Shown in pieces: positions 12,181 to 22,755 of a stretch of 64,000 bases of DNA (positions are counted from its first letter, which is position 1; every line of letters begins with the position of its first letter). The notes under the pieces are model-generated. The model was not told the DNA's origin, ran no database searches, and saw nothing but the letters and a program-made list of their open reading frames with translations. Location: the sequence record SRR9188677_125. One strand, given 5' to 3'. The position numbers were made by a program, and so were the translations under genes.

Positions 12181-12255
12181 TGATCTTGACAAAAATACTA
12201 TTTTAAAGAAACTTAAAACCGTGTTTTGAGTATATTTGAGCATCAAAAAAATAAT

Positions 12256-13182
12256 ATGCCGTTTTTTTCCGTAATCATTCCGGTTTACAACAAAGAAAAG
12301 TTTGTAGCAAAAACGCTGAAAAGCGTTTTAAGCCAGACTTTTACTGATTTTGAGATTGTAATTGTAAATGACGGTTCAACAGATGGGAGCGAGCCTATTA
12401 TTTTTGAAATTCAGGACGATCGCATCCGTTATTTTTCCAAATCCAACGAAGGCGTTTCCATTGCCCGGAATTTTGGAATTGAAAAAGCATCCGCAAATTA
12501 TATCTGCTTACTCGATGCCGACGACTATTGGCAGCCGGACTTTCTGCAAACGCTTCATACCTATATTCAAAAACTGCCCGATGAAAAGGTTTTTGCGATG
12601 GCTTATGAAATTGAAACCGATAAAAAAGTATTCCCGGCACAGTATTCCATCCCGAAAACCAGTGATTTTGAAATAGTCAATTATTTTGAAGCCAGTAAGG
12701 AAGCCTCGGTTTTATGGACTTCGAGTGCTGCTTTTAAAAAAAATGTTTTTACTAAAGTTGGAAATTTTGACCCCAAAATCAAAAGCGGCCAGGACATCGA
12801 TTTGTGGATTCGGATCGGATTGGTTTATCCCATAGTTTTCATCCCAAAAGTACAATCAAGGTATGTTTATGATTTTGAGAGCTTATCGCGAAATTCCAAA
12901 TATCTGAATAGAAAAATGGATTTTGCCAAATTTTCAGCTGAAGAAAAATCCAATCAAAGCTTGAAGTATTTTCTTGATCTGAACCGGTTTTCCTTAGCCA
13001 TCAAATCAAAATTAATTGATGACAAAGCCAGTTTCAACGAATACTATGCCGGAATCGATTTAAACAAACTTCCTTTAAAGAAACGATTTCTCTTGAATCT
13101 ACCGGGATTTATGCTAAAAATGCTTATTGGAGCCAAATTGAAACTCGCAAATATCGGTTTAGGAAATTCTGTTTTTAGATAA
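12256..13182 (+). CDS. Glycosyltransferase family 2
   Basis: SVIIPVYN, VNDGSTD, GVSIARN, LDADD. Confidence 0.9.
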   Translation: MPFFSVIIPVYNKEKFVAKTLKSVLSQTFTDFEIVIVNDGSTDGSEPIIFEIQDDRIRYFSKSNEGVSIARNFGIEKASANYICLLDADDYWQPDFLQTLHTYIQKLPDEKVFAMAYEIETDKKVFPAQYSIPKTSDFEIVNYFEASKEASVLWTSSAAFKKNVFTKVGNFDPKIKSGQDIDLWIRIGLVYPIVFIPKVQSRYVYDFESLSRNSKYLNRKMDFAKFSAEEKSNQSLKYFLDLNRFSLAIKSKLIDDKASFNEYYAGIDLNKLPLKKRFLLNLPGFMLKMLIGAKLKLANIGLGNSVFR

Positions 13183-13572
13183 TTTGTATTGTTCAAAATC
13201 GCGGATATAATCCTCTTCTTTAAAAACATCCGAAGCCAAAACTAGACAAACGGAACCCGAAGAAAAATTTTCCAGTTCACGCCAGATGCCTTTTACAATC
13301 AGCAATCCAACATTTGGTTTGTTCAACGTAACCGTTTTTTGTTCTTTCCCGTCATTGAGGATTACGTCAAAACTACCGCTAAGTGCTATCAGCAGTTCGT
13401 GCTGATCGATATGGGAATGCCCTCCCCGCTTTCCTCCGCTTGGGATATCATACAGGTAGTAAATACGCTTCATTTCAAACGGAATGTTGCCTTGCTGGAT
13501 TACGGAAAGATTGCCGCGCGTGTCATGAACCTTGGCAATATCTAGAATAACGGAGTCGTGTATTGTGGTCAT
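13159..13572 (-). CDS. FdtA/QdtA/WxcM-like dTDP-sugar 3,4-ketoisomerase (cupin)
   Basis: DTRGNL, RIYYLYD, RGGHSH, LVLASD, DYIRD. Confidence 0.85.
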   Translation of the reverse strand: MTTIHDSVILDIAKVHDTRGNLSVIQQGNIPFEMKRIYYLYDIPSGGKRGGHSHIDQHELLIALSGSFDVILNDGKEQKTVTLNKPNVGLLIVKGIWRELENFSSGSVCLVLASDVFKEEDYIRDFEQYKLSKNRIS

Positions 13573-14654
13573 TTTTCGGATAGTAATTGTTCCCATTCTT
13601 GCGCAATGGTTGCCAAAGATAAATGTTCTACGCTTTTTTGGCTATTATTTTTACAGATTTGATACAGATCTTTATCCTGAAACATGCTTTTTATCGCGTT
13701 GGCTAAAGCAGTTTCATTGTGGTTTTCAATCAATAATCCGTTGTATTTATTTTGGATTATTTCGCGCGGACCCGTTTCACAATCAACTGAAATGACGGGA
13801 GTCCCTGCTGCCAGAGATTCGATTAAAGACATAGGAAACCCTTCAAAACGGCTGGTCAAGACCGAACATTTTGCATGCAGAATATAAGGCAGTATCATTT
13901 TTTGAAAAGGCAAAAGCTCGACATGGTTTTCCAACTGCAGCTCTTTGATTTTCGACTCAATGAAATCCTTGCTGCTCCCATCGCCGATGATAAGGAGTTT
14001 GTTTCCATTTTTATAAACTTTTGAGAGTGAAAAACCATTAAGCAAAAGCGTAAAGTTTTTGATTTGTTCTTCCAGCCTGCCAAAATAGAGCAGATAATTT
14101 TGAGGAGCATCCTTCGGTTTTTCGGCTTTGGATTCCGGAAAAACAATCGGATTGTGAATTGTGGCTACATTGTCCAAACCATATTTCTGGCGGATGTCGG
14201 CTTCAATTCCTTTGGAAACGCAAATTAGTTTTGTGGCATTTTTATACAAATATGAAACGCCTAAGGAAAAGTTTGGGAAATAAGTTTCGGAATTGGAACT
14301 GTGAACCATAAAATAGACTCTCCGGTCTGCGTAAATCCATTTGGTAAAAACTTCACGCAGGAATACAGGCCGGGAACGATTATCTATAACCTGATGAATA
14401 TCATTTTGGCTAAGGTAGTTTGCCAGGTATTTTGCTTTTTTGAGCGCTTTCAGAATTCCGCTTTCTTTGGAAAACAGTTCCCCTAAGTTGATTAATTTCC
14501 CTTTGTAATCATAATCCACATGTTCCATAATAGTAATGTTGTGGACTTCATATCCTAAATCACTCAGCATAAAACTCAACAATCCTGCAAAACGTTCGGC
14601 ACCGCCAACACCAAGTGAGGTCGAAACTATAGCAATTTTATTGTGGTTTTTCAT
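13569..14654 (-). CDS. Glycosyltransferase family 4
   Basis: GGAER, FGRLE..K, SRFEGFPMSLIESLAAGTP. Confidence 0.9.
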   Translation of the reverse strand: MKNHNKIAIVSTSLGVGGAERFAGLLSFMLSDLGYEVHNITIMEHVDYDYKGKLINLGELFSKESGILKALKKAKYLANYLSQNDIHQVIDNRSRPVFLREVFTKWIYADRRVYFMVHSSNSETYFPNFSLGVSYLYKNATKLICVSKGIEADIRQKYGLDNVATIHNPIVFPESKAEKPKDAPQNYLLYFGRLEEQIKNFTLLLNGFSLSKVYKNGNKLLIIGDGSSKDFIESKIKELQLENHVELLPFQKMILPYILHAKCSVLTSRFEGFPMSLIESLAAGTPVISVDCETGPREIIQNKYNGLLIENHNETALANAIKSMFQDKDLYQICKNNSQKSVEHLSLATIAQEWEQLLSEK

Positions 14655-14687
14655 TTGTTACTTATATTGCATCAAATATAGGAAGAA

Positions 14688-15821
14688 ATGAAGATTTTAC
14701 TCATTGGGGAATACAGCAGATTGCACAATTCTTTGAAGGAAGGGTTGCAAAAGCTGGGAAATGACGTGGCCATTTTGGGTTTCAGAGATGGTTTCAAGGA
14801 TTTTCCGGTCGATTTTCCGTTAGAGAAAAAATGGGATTCCGGATGGCTGAAAAAAATAAAAATCCTCACTTTCCGGCTTACCGGATTTGACATTTCATCC
14901 TATCTTACCTATCGTCAATTCTGGAAAAAAAGAAATCATTTTAAAGATTTTGATGTCGTTCAGCTCGTGAATGAAAATAGTTTCTACTGCAATTTCCATT
15001 ACGAAAAAAAAATCCTGGATTTCATTTTCAGGCACAATAAAAAGGTGTTCCTGCTTAGTTCGGGCAATGATTATGTTTATGTGAATTACAATTTTTCACA
15101 TCCTGAAAACCCTTCCCTTATCCAACCGTACCTTGACGGAAAAATTGAATATGGCAATTTTATAAATGTCTTAAAGTACCGAACCAGGCCTTTTGAAAAA
15201 CTGCACCGATACATTTATGAAAACATCCAGGGTGTGATTGCTACGGATGTTGATTATCATATTCCGCTTGAAAACCATGCGAAGTATCTGGGATTGATCC
15301 CGAATCCTATAAACCTTGACAAGCTTCCGGAAATTGAACTGGAAACAACGGGCAAGATTGTCATTTTCCATGGGATTAACCGCGAAAGCTATTTTAAGAA
15401 GGGAAATGATTTTTTTGAAAAAGCGCTCCAAATCCTAAAGAAAAAATACGCGGAAAAAGTTGAAATCTCTGTAGCGGAAAATGTGCCTTACATTGAGTTC
15501 ATCAATCTTTACAACAAAGCCCACATCACGCTCGACCAACTCTACGGACACGATCAGGGAAGCAATGGGCTGGAAGCAATGGCCAAAGGAAAAGTAGTTT
15601 TTACAAACGCCAGCGAAGCATTCGAAAAGCACTACAACCTGACCGAAAAAGTTGCGATAAATGCCTTGCCGGATGTGGATTATCTGGTAAATGAACTGTC
15701 ATTCCTTATTGAAAACCCTCAAGAGATCAAAGCTATCGGAAAACGCGCCAGGGCCTTTGTTGAGAAAGAACATCAATACTTAGAAATTGCCAAAAGATAT
15801 TTGGCAGCATGGAAAGAATAA
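14688..15821 (+). CDS. Glycosyltransferase, GT-B fold
   Basis: MKILLIGEYS, KKGND, DQLY..DQGSNGLEAMAKGK. Confidence 0.8.
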   Translation: MKILLIGEYSRLHNSLKEGLQKLGNDVAILGFRDGFKDFPVDFPLEKKWDSGWLKKIKILTFRLTGFDISSYLTYRQFWKKRNHFKDFDVVQLVNENSFYCNFHYEKKILDFIFRHNKKVFLLSSGNDYVYVNYNFSHPENPSLIQPYLDGKIEYGNFINVLKYRTRPFEKLHRYIYENIQGVIATDVDYHIPLENHAKYLGLIPNPINLDKLPEIELETTGKIVIFHGINRESYFKKGNDFFEKALQILKKKYAEKVEISVAENVPYIEFINLYNKAHITLDQLYGHDQGSNGLEAMAKGKVVFTNASEAFEKHYNLTEKVAINALPDVDYLVNELSFLIENPQEIKAIGKRARAFVEKEHQYLEIAKRYLAAWKE

Positions 15822-15854
15822 ATTAAGAAATAGTGACCCCAAGAAGAATTTAAA

Positions 15855-16271
15855 ATGAAAAAGCCCGTAATTAATGACGTTTTTAAATGCGACTTTACCT
15901 TTAAGGAAGAAGATGTTTTGGCTTATGCTAAAATTTCCGGAGATGTGAACCCGATTCATATTTCCGAGGATTATTCCAAAAACACGTCTTTTGGAAGATG
16001 CATTGTACATGGCTATTTTAGCATCAGCATATTTTCAAAAGTATACGGCACCCAGTTATACCCGGACGGGCATATCCTGATCAGCCAAAATTCAAAATAC
16101 ATAAAACCCATTTTTACCGGGGTTGAATATACTGCGGTTTTTACCGTTAAGGAACTTTTTCCTGAAAAAAACAGGGTACTTTACCTGAATGAGATTTATG
16201 AAAAAAACTCCGGAGAATTAAAAATAACCGGAGAAGCCGTTTTGATGAACCAAAAAATCTACACTTGGTAA
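15855..16271 (+). CDS. MaoC-family (R)-specific enoyl-CoA hydratase/dehydratase
   Basis: SGDVNPIH catalytic motif, FGRCIVHG. Confidence 0.85.
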   Translation: MKKPVINDVFKCDFTFKEEDVLAYAKISGDVNPIHISEDYSKNTSFGRCIVHGYFSISIFSKVYGTQLYPDGHILISQNSKYIKPIFTGVEYTAVFTVKELFPEKNRVLYLNEIYEKNSGELKITGEAVLMNQKIYTW

Positions 16272-17552
16272 TTATGCGGTTGCCTTATTAGCAAAGAATA
16301 ACTTTCGGAAGAATAGCAATATCAGGAATAAGCAGATTAGGTTGGCATAAAAATAAGCCTGCACTACTCCTTCAACCGAATAAGATTTCATAAGATAAAC
16401 CGACAGTAAAAAATAGGAAAGGTTAAATACGATTTCGCCCAGAATGTATCTTTTCATCATTGTTTTGACTACAATCTGGTACCCGAATGCCAGCGTTAAA
16501 ACCTTCACGAAATCACCCGCCAGCTGCCAGATCAGAATATCTTTAATACTAGAAAACGCTGCGGTAAAAGCAATGTTTAAAATTATAGTCTTGGCAGAAT
16601 AAATTACGATCAGCATCAGTAAAAACAAGGGTACAAAAATTTTAAAATAGGATTTCAATTCTGATTTGAATCCTTGATCTGTGTGAATTGAAGCCAGCTT
16701 AGGCATATAATACAAGGAAAGTCCCGAGTTAAAGAACATCATATAAAAACCGGAAAGTCTATTTACGGCATCCCAGATTCCGGCCTCCTGTATGGAATGG
16801 CTTTTTACGATTTCACTCCTAATTAAAAGCAAAGTCATCGGCACGGCTACTGCGCTCAGCAAGGCCATCCCCGAAAATCTTTTGATAATGTTGACATACT
16901 TTTTAGACACCACTTTACTGAAATCGGCTTTAAAATAATCGCCTTCCTTTCTAACAAACAGGAAGGTTACCAGGACCATTATAAATTCCGTTAGGGCAAT
17001 AGAGAGGAGCCCGCCGGAAATAGTGCGCTTCCAAATCAATAAAGCCGTGATGCCAAACACCAGAATGTTTGAAATGATCTGAATGACAATAATCCTTTTG
17101 TATTTTTCCAAGCCGTTGTAAATCGCCAGCCAGAAAGCATTCATAACGATAAACGGAAGCAACAATCCGAAAAACCGGATCAGATTTGAGTACGAATCCG
17201 TGTAGAATAAAAACGACGAAATTGGTGTTGCAAGCAGTAAAACCAAAGCTGCCAATCCTGTTGAAAGCAGTAAGAATATCCAGAAAAATGTAGAATAAAT
17301 AACAGAAAGTTCTTTTTTGTCGTTCTTATTTTCCACAAACAATTTGACAATGGAATTATTGATTCCCAGCGTTGCGACAGATTTCATCATCAGGGTAAAA
17401 TTTCGGAAGCTCCCCATAAGGGCCATGCCGGAAGTGCCGAGAAAAATGGAAATGATTTTAGAAGAAACCACCCCCAAAACAAAGCTTACCCCTACCGAAA
17501 CCGAATTCAGCGACAGGACCTTTAAAAGTGTATTTTTTCTAAGGGATTCCAA
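16272..17552 (-). CDS. wzx: Wzx/WzxE-type polysaccharide flippase
   Basis: ~12 TM segments, AGIWDAVNRLS, WQLAGDFVK; TTG start. Confidence 0.8.
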   Translation of the reverse strand: MESLRKNTLLKVLSLNSVSVGVSFVLGVVSSKIISIFLGTSGMALMGSFRNFTLMMKSVATLGINNSIVKLFVENKNDKKELSVIYSTFFWIFLLLSTGLAALVLLLATPISSFLFYTDSYSNLIRFFGLLLPFIVMNAFWLAIYNGLEKYKRIIVIQIISNILVFGITALLIWKRTISGGLLSIALTEFIMVLVTFLFVRKEGDYFKADFSKVVSKKYVNIIKRFSGMALLSAVAVPMTLLLIRSEIVKSHSIQEAGIWDAVNRLSGFYMMFFNSGLSLYYMPKLASIHTDQGFKSELKSYFKIFVPLFLLMLIVIYSAKTIILNIAFTAAFSSIKDILIWQLAGDFVKVLTLAFGYQIVVKTMMKRYILGEIVFNLSYFLLSVYLMKSYSVEGVVQAYFYANLICLFLILLFFRKLFFANKATA

Positions 17553-17553
17553 A

Positions 17554-18114
17554 TTATAGGCTTCTTATTACTCGCGCCGGATTTCCTGCTGCAAAAACGT
17601 TGGGCGGTATGTCTTTGGTAACTACCGAACAGGCTCCAATGACTGAGTTCTCCCCAATGGTAACGCCTTTAAAAACAACCGAATTATAATATACAACTGC
17701 ATTTTTCTTAATGGTTATGTGGCCTGTTTTCGGGATGCCGGTCATCCTTTTTTCAGGATCCAGGTCATGTCCGTCCGTATCGACCAGGAACGTATTGATG
17801 CCAATCATCACATTATCCTCAAGTGTAATTTTGGAAACTGCCTGGATGGAAGCGCCATTGGCCATTACAACATTATCACCGATAACGACCTCGCTGTCTT
17901 CGTTGAGGGAAAGGATGTAGTTATAGCTGGAATAGGTAAAATGGGCGGAGGTAACGCCGTTCTGGAAATTTTTCCCAAACTGGATTTTTCCTTTTCCTTT
18001 TAGCAACAAGGGCATATATAAGTTAGGTTTTCCGGTAACGCGCTTGCAGTCGGAAAGCAATTTATACTTCCAGATCCTAAGGGTAACAAATAGGAAAAAT
18101 TTTATTCTGTTCAT
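17554..18114 (-). CDS. Hexapeptide-repeat (LbH) acyltransferase
   Basis: [28 protein letters not shown]. Confidence 0.85.
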   Translation of the reverse strand: MNRIKFFLFVTLRIWKYKLLSDCKRVTGKPNLYMPLLLKGKGKIQFGKNFQNGVTSAHFTYSSYNYILSLNEDSEVVIGDNVVMANGASIQAVSKITLEDNVMIGINTFLVDTDGHDLDPEKRMTGIPKTGHITIKKNAVVYYNSVVFKGVTIGENSVIGACSVVTKDIPPNVFAAGNPARVIRSL

Positions 18115-18118
18115 AATC

Positions 18119-19096
18119 TTAAATTAAAATCGTATTCAATAAGCTAAAAGCTGCCGTATCTATTTCGTAGCTATCCTGAACGGTCGTTTTAGCTCCAAAG
18201 CTTTCTTTCCAGAACAGGATGCCTTCGTTTATTTTCTTTCCGTTTTCTTCATGCGACGGTCCAAAATCAAAAAAATGCTTATCCTTGAAAACCTCGGCAA
18301 TCAGATGTTGGTAAAGATAGTCTAAACTGCCCAATTCATTTTTTTGCGGATTCCCGGAAATGTACTGCGGATGCGCCACGTGATCGGTCACGAAAATTGT
18401 GCTTCCTGCTACGATCCTGTCATCAAAATACACATTGAAATGACGGATGTTTTCAGGAAAACCTTGCTGTAGTCTGGTGATTTCTGCAATGGTATGCACC
18501 GGTTTAGCGTTGTGTTTCTTATCTAAATTGGGAATCAGTATTTCATTCCAGAACAAATCAAATTTCAATTCTTCCTTGATGACCAATCCGTTTTTTTCGC
18601 CACGGCGTATGCTTTCCCTGCGTGTTTTTGCAATCTTAAAAGGCTTTGTCAGATCAAGCACTGAAAGGCAGTCCCTGCGAACCAATTTTGCATTCACAAG
18701 AAACAGAGCATATTCAATTTCTTCCGAAAAATAAGTGTTGTAAATGGATGGAATTAACTTGAGTTGTAACGTATTGATCTTATTGGCATGCAAAAACTGC
18801 AATACCGATTTGGCAATTTCTAAGACTTCGCCCAGCCTGATTTTGGCATCCAGCACAAACCCGCCATAAGTCAGCCCCTGATGTGAAAACACAGTAGCGC
18901 CCACCCTATTGGCCGGAAGTAAACAAACCAGTTTCCCTTCTGCAAAAACCAGCAATGAGGAATCCTCAAAACGATCGCTGTGGTATTCCATAAAGTCGCG
19001 ATGCAGCAGAAAAGAAGCATTTTTGGCACTGCCTGTAAAAGCGTTCCAAATAGCATAATCCTGCGCTGTATAATACTTGACGGTATAGTTTTTCAC
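18119..19096 (-). CDS. GNAT/FemAB-like acyltransferase
   Basis: [31 protein letters not shown]. Confidence 0.7.
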   Translation of the reverse strand: MKNYTVKYYTAQDYAIWNAFTGSAKNASFLLHRDFMEYHSDRFEDSSLLVFAEGKLVCLLPANRVGATVFSHQGLTYGGFVLDAKIRLGEVLEIAKSVLQFLHANKINTLQLKLIPSIYNTYFSEEIEYALFLVNAKLVRRDCLSVLDLTKPFKIAKTRRESIRRGEKNGLVIKEELKFDLFWNEILIPNLDKKHNAKPVHTIAEITRLQQGFPENIRHFNVYFDDRIVAGSTIFVTDHVAHPQYISGNPQKNELGSLDYLYQHLIAEVFKDKHFFDFGPSHEENGKKINEGILFWKESFGAKTTVQDSYEIDTAAFSLLNTILI

Positions 19097-19209
19097 ATGT
19101 GTTTTTTAGGCTGCGGAAAATTAAACATTTTATTTTTAAAAGTCGCTCTTCCAAAAAATTCTATTTTCAAAAAATAATTGAGTAACTTTAACCTTTTAAC
19201 CGAATTGCT

Positions 19210-21027
19210 TTGGAATTAAAACGATACTTTTCCCTTTTTATTATCCTGTTTTGCTTCATTTTTAGAACCAATGGACAAAATGTATCGTTGTACAACCAGT
19301 TTAACGGACGCTATGATTTTACCTTTATCGGCAATACGCTCAACCTCCAGCCCAATTTTGGCAACGACCCGTGCCTGTTGCTTCCTGGCTCAGATGCTAC
19401 GTTGAATTTAGGCCCGAACGATACCATTGTGAGCGCTTATCTCTATTGGGCAGGCTCAGGAACCGGTGATTTTAATGTTAAGCTCAACGGGATCGACATT
19501 ACTTCCCAACGCAATTTTTCGGCCATACAGAATTTTAATGGAAATCCGTTTTTTAGTGCTTTCGCAGATGTTACTACCCAAATGCAAACTACAGGAAATG
19601 GGGTGTATTCTTTTTCCGACCTTGACGTTACGCCTTTCTTCAACCCATTCACTTATTGCAACAACGGAACTAATTTTGCCGGCTGGGCGATTGTAATCGT
19701 TTATAGCAACAACAGTTTACCGCTGAATCAGGTGAACGTTTACGATGGTTTGGAAGCCCTGTCAAGCCCAAATCCGGGCGTTGTTGTTGACCAGCTGACC
19801 ATCAATTTATCCAATTTATATGTTTTGGATGATATTGGAGCCAAGGTTGGTTTTGTGGCCTGGGAAGGCGATGCTAACATTTTTGACCGGGAATCTTTAC
19901 TCATCAACGGAAATGCTCTTAGCGACGCCTTGAATCCTCCTAATAATGCTTTTAATGGAACCAACAACATCATAGGAAGCCAAGATCTTTACAATATGGA
20001 TTTGGATATTTACGACATCCAGAATTACATCCATGCCGGGGACACTTCTGCCGAAATCAGGATGACAACGGCCCAGGATTTTGTATTGATCAGTACCATC
20101 GTAACTAAGCTAAACAATCAGCTGCCTGATGCTACTGTTGCCATAGATTCTGTGGAACAACAGTGCGATTCGAGAAGGATTGCGTTGAATTATACGATTT
20201 CCAATTTAAATTCGAGCGATCCTTTGCCTGCGGGAACACCAATTGCGATTTACGCCAATGGCACCTTTATAGCCTATGACGAAACGATTGCTGCGATCCC
20301 GATTGGAGGCAGTGCCGATTTCCATCTTTTTTTCATACTCCCGGATGCTATTCCACAGAATTTCACAATTAAGGTTTCGGTTGATGACATAGGAGACGGA
20401 ACCGGAATTGTAGCCGAATTGATCGAAACCAACAACACAGCAACCACGAATAGTTCGCTTTGGGTAACTCCAACTGTCAATCCGTTAGAGCCTTTACGGG
20501 CCTGCAATGAGGGTTTTACGAAGGCGACTTTTGATTTTTCGGGTTATGAAGACCTGGCAAAGACCAATCCGAATGATGTGGTACAGTTTTACGAAAGCCA
20601 GCAAGACGCTGCTGCGGAAAGGAATCCGATTGCCAATACAAGCAATTATGTGGCTGCGACCACTCCAAAAGAAATTTTCCTGCGGATTTCCAACGGAAAC
20701 TGTTTTGCCATAACTTCATTCCTATTGAAGAGCAGGAATTGCCCGCCGACGGTTTACAATTACATTTCGGCAAACGGGGATACCTACAACGAGCGTTTTT
20801 TCATTAAAGGACTTCGCGATATTTTCATCAACTTCAAGCTCGAAGTTTACAACCGCTGGGGATCTTTGGTCTGGACGGGCAACAACAACAAACCCGATTG
20901 GGACGGGTACATCAAGGATGGGATCGGGAACAAAATTGCCACAGACGGCACTTATTTTTACCTGCTGTTTTTAAATGATGCCGATTATCCTGATGCGCTC
21001 AAAGGATTTTTGTACATCAATCACTAA
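19210..21027 (+). CDS. T9SS-secreted protein with type B (gliding-motility-associated) C-terminal domain
   Basis: Signal peptide; C-terminus ISANGDTYNE...VYNRWG...WDG...GTYFY; CARDB-like middle region. Confidence 0.85.
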   Translation: MELKRYFSLFIILFCFIFRTNGQNVSLYNQFNGRYDFTFIGNTLNLQPNFGNDPCLLLPGSDATLNLGPNDTIVSAYLYWAGSGTGDFNVKLNGIDITSQRNFSAIQNFNGNPFFSAFADVTTQMQTTGNGVYSFSDLDVTPFFNPFTYCNNGTNFAGWAIVIVYSNNSLPLNQVNVYDGLEALSSPNPGVVVDQLTINLSNLYVLDDIGAKVGFVAWEGDANIFDRESLLINGNALSDALNPPNNAFNGTNNIIGSQDLYNMDLDIYDIQNYIHAGDTSAEIRMTTAQDFVLISTIVTKLNNQLPDATVAIDSVEQQCDSRRIALNYTISNLNSSDPLPAGTPIAIYANGTFIAYDETIAAIPIGGSADFHLFFILPDAIPQNFTIKVSVDDIGDGTGIVAELIETNNTATTNSSLWVTPTVNPLEPLRACNEGFTKATFDFSGYEDLAKTNPNDVVQFYESQQDAAAERNPIANTSNYVAATTPKEIFLRISNGNCFAITSFLLKSRNCPPTVYNYISANGDTYNERFFIKGLRDIFINFKLEVYNRWGSLVWTGNNNKPDWDGYIKDGIGNKIATDGTYFYLLFLNDADYPDALKGFLYINH

Positions 21028-21771
21028 TTACATATTCTGTGTATAATAATTATAATCTTTAAGGATGACTTTGATGAACTCCTTTTTGCTTTCCAAATCG
21101 TTAGTGATTCCCGTCACCTGTTCAATTTTCTTGGTCAGTTTATCAATGATTTCATAGTCGGAATTTTTTAGAGCGGCATGGAATGTTTCTTTAATGATCC
21201 GCGCATCATTGTCCGAAAGCTTGATTACCATTGGATATTTCGGCTGGTATTCTTCCCCGATATCTTCTAAAATCGTGTGGCTGATGGAAATCTTGCTTTT
21301 AAGAGTGATCACAGCGGTACCTGCAGAAATATCGCCCAGACGCTGTGTTTTTTTATTGACCACCATAGCAACTAGGCCTATGATGCCACTGCTCATCGAG
21401 ATGTCGATAATCCTGAAAAGCCATCGGATCAGATAATCCACGAACGACGCCTGGTAGCCATCGATCTTCACTACTTTTATTTTCACTAATTTTTTTCCCA
21501 AAGTCTGTCCTTCAAGCATGTACTCCTGAGCCAGCGAATAAAAAACGACCGGTAAGGCAAAAACCATTAAAACGGCCATTTGGGACCAATTGTCCAGTTG
21601 GCTCAAAACCGAATTAAGGCTCAGCAAATAAAAAAACACAAAGTAGATAAAGAAAAAATAAGCCGCTTTAACCAGTAAATCAAGAAAATACGCTGCGATT
21701 CGCTCCCCAACCGAAGCCGAAGAAAAATTAATAGTAACATTTTGCGTAGTATTTATTGAAAGTTGTGTCAT
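21028..21771 (-). CDS. RDD family membrane protein
   Basis: GERIAAYFLD, GQTLGKK, QRLGDISAGT; start at MTQLSI. Confidence 0.85.
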   Translation of the reverse strand: MTQLSINTTQNVTINFSSASVGERIAAYFLDLLVKAAYFFFIYFVFFYLLSLNSVLSQLDNWSQMAVLMVFALPVVFYSLAQEYMLEGQTLGKKLVKIKVVKIDGYQASFVDYLIRWLFRIIDISMSSGIIGLVAMVVNKKTQRLGDISAGTAVITLKSKISISHTILEDIGEEYQPKYPMVIKLSDNDARIIKETFHAALKNSDYEIIDKLTKKIEQVTGITNDLESKKEFIKVILKDYNYYTQNM

Positions 21772-21790
21772 AATTCCTATTTTAGCTCCC

Positions 21791-22753
21791 ATGAGGGAGG
21801 TTGCATTCATAAAGCAAAATAAACAAAAATGGCTCGACTTTGAGCAGGCAATTTTTGGTAAATCTAAAAAAAATCCTGATGAAATGGCAAGTTTGTACAT
21901 TCATTTGGTTAATGATTTATCGTATGCACAAACCTATTATCCAAAAAGCAAAACCGTTGTTTACCTAAATTACTTAGCCTCACAAATTTATCAGAAAATC
22001 TATAAGACCAAAAGGGAGGAAAAAAACAGGTTTGCCTATTTCTTCAAAACCGAAGCCCCTTTGCTCGTTTATCAGTACAGAAGGTACCTGCTTTATGCAT
22101 TTGTTTTGTTCTTTGCATCGGTAGCCATCGGAGTGGTTTCTGCCCGGTATGATGAAAATTTCTGCAGGCTCATCCTCGGGGACGGCTATGTAAACATGAC
22201 TTTAGACAACATCAAAGACGGAAATCCCGTTGCGGTTTACAAATCAGGAAGCAATTGGGGCGGGTTTATCGGCATAACGCTCAACAACCTCTATGTGGGG
22301 GTCCGGTGTTTTATTTACGGGATCTTCGGTGGAATCGGAACTTTTATGGTACTAGTCCAAAACAGCATAATGCTGGGTTCTTTTCAATATTTCTTTTACG
22401 ACCAGGGCGTTTTCTGGAAAAGCGTCAGCGGAATTTGGCTCCATGGTTCGATGGAGATTTTCGGAATGGTTATAGAAGCGGCCTGCGGTTTCATTTTAGG
22501 AGCTTCCATTCTTTTCCCAAGAACGTTTTCCCGCATAAATTCCTTTAAGATTGGGATGAAGGACTCCCTGAAAATTTTCCTGACAACAATCCCGTTTACC
22601 ATAGCGGCAGGATTTATAGAAGGTTTTGTAACCCGTTATGCCATAGAAATGCCGAACTGGCTCAATGTGATCATCATTTTGGGAACGCTTGGCCTTATTT
22701 CCTTTTACTATTTGATTTATCCGACCATTGTCCATAAAAAAATAAACGCCTAA
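21791..22753 (+). CDS. SpoIIM/DUF95-family membrane protein
   Basis: MRE..FI N-terminus, NN motif, HGSMEI, AAGFIEGFVT. Confidence 0.8.
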   Translation: MREVAFIKQNKQKWLDFEQAIFGKSKKNPDEMASLYIHLVNDLSYAQTYYPKSKTVVYLNYLASQIYQKIYKTKREEKNRFAYFFKTEAPLLVYQYRRYLLYAFVLFFASVAIGVVSARYDENFCRLILGDGYVNMTLDNIKDGNPVAVYKSGSNWGGFIGITLNNLYVGVRCFIYGIFGGIGTFMVLVQNSIMLGSFQYFFYDQGVFWKSVSGIWLHGSMEIFGMVIEAACGFILGASILFPRTFSRINSFKIGMKDSLKIFLTTIPFTIAAGFIEGFVTRYAIEMPNWLNVIIILGTLGLISFYYLIYPTIVHKKINA

Positions 22754-22755
22754 GT

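Noticed and set aside
21791..22753. Sporulation function for the SpoIIM-like gene
   Set aside because: Bacteroidota do not form endospores and the context is a MoxR operon.
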